The position numbers and the translations under genes are program-made. The notes under the pieces were generated by a model. That model was not told the origin of the DNA. It made no database searches and saw only the letters and a program-made list of their open reading frames with translations. A stretch of 64,000 bases of DNA from NCBI RefSeq assembly GCF_963921235.1, contig NC_086107.1, forward strand, positions 102,798,001 to 102,862,000, written 5' to 3'. Below are positions 62,871-64,000 of the stretch, in pieces (position 1 is the first letter of the stretch; every line of letters starts with the position of its first letter). Source of the DNA: Mobula hypostoma. Its lineage: Eukaryota.

Positions 62871-64000
62871 CAACACAATACATAACATAGAAGAGAAAAA
62901 ATTAAAATAATAATAACAAATAAATAAATAAATAAATTACAGCATACGTACACCAAACAGATTAAAAATTGTGCAAAAACAGAAATAAAACATATTTAAA
63001 AAAGCAAGGTGGTGTTCAAGGATTCAAGGGTTCAAGGGTTCTAGGAATCGGACGGCAGAGGGGAAGAAGCTGTTCCTGAATCGCTGAGTGTGTGTATGGG
63101 CACAGGGGGAAGGTACAAATTCCTTACAGACAGCAGTGAAATTGAACCTGGATCACTGGCGCTGTAAAGCATACACTAACTGCTAGGCTACGGTGCCACC
63201 TCACGATGAACTGTGGATCTATCAAGCCAACTCATCAAGGTCCTGTTCACTATATCTGTCGACCTGCACCACACCTTCGCTGACACTACATTCCGTATTC
63301 TTTGCCCCTTTGTAGTAACGCAGCGTAGTTGTGTGTGCAATGATCTGCCCGAAGCAGTCAGGGCAGCGTGTTTGCCAATCGTTGGCTGCGGTCCGAACAA
63401 GGCCCCTATACTCCCTCCCTCTCTCTCTCTGTTTTGATGGAGAGTGACAGCCTGTCGCTCCTCAAGTCGTGGGGCTTGGAGAAGCGACGCGGAAGATTGT
63501 GACATCAGAACAGCGAGGTGCTGGCCTCCGCTCTCGTTGTTGCAGGAGCGACCTCTCTCTCCCTCGCTGGAGATACCAAAGGGCTGGGTTATGGACTGTA
63601 ACTTTTGATGGTCTCTGGATCAAGGTCTCTTTGGGGGGCTGGGGGGCTTCTGCTGTTTCTTGCATGGTGGGGGGGAGGGGGTGATGTTTTTGCTGCTGCT
63701 TGTGCGAACGGGGAGGGGGGCTTCAGCGCTTTGATGTTTCTATCATTCATTCTATGTGGTCTCCTGTTTCGTGGATGTTTGTGACGAGTACGAATTTCAT
63801 ATAACCATATAACAATTACAGCACGGAAACAGGCCATCTCAGCCCTTCTAGTCCGTGTCGAACTCTTACTCTCACCTAGTCCCACCGACCTGCACTCAGC
63901 CCATAACCCTCCATTCCTCTCCTGTCCATATAGCTATCCAATTTAACTTTAAACGACAACATCGAACCTGCCTCAACCACTTCTGCTGGAAGCTCGTTCC

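Overview
Eukaryotic, repeat-dense vertebrate DNA. The HE1/V-SINE, CR1, Rex1/Babar and Penelope-like content suggests a cartilaginous fish, probably a ray (inference). The only clearly recognisable host gene is the PAR-bZIP factor TEF on the + strand: three coding exons at 5874-6158, 7620-7843 and 11406-11621, with exon 1 not found in the window and a probable long 3'UTR. A non-repeat-like 231-aa ORF of unknown function lies on the - strand at 26112-26807. The rest is mostly layered mobile-element debris: Penelope-like elements (RT + GIY-YIG) with minimal hammerhead-ribozyme motifs and 12-16 bp TSDs, including tiny hairpin-shaped derivatives; hAT and Tc1 DNA transposons; CR1, Rex1 and RTE LINE fragments; SINEs; solo LTRs; a 15 x 56 bp tandem array; and a 16-bp minisatellite. 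Repeat boundaries are approximate unless a TSD or TIR is quoted. Family names come from recalled motif similarity, not database searches.
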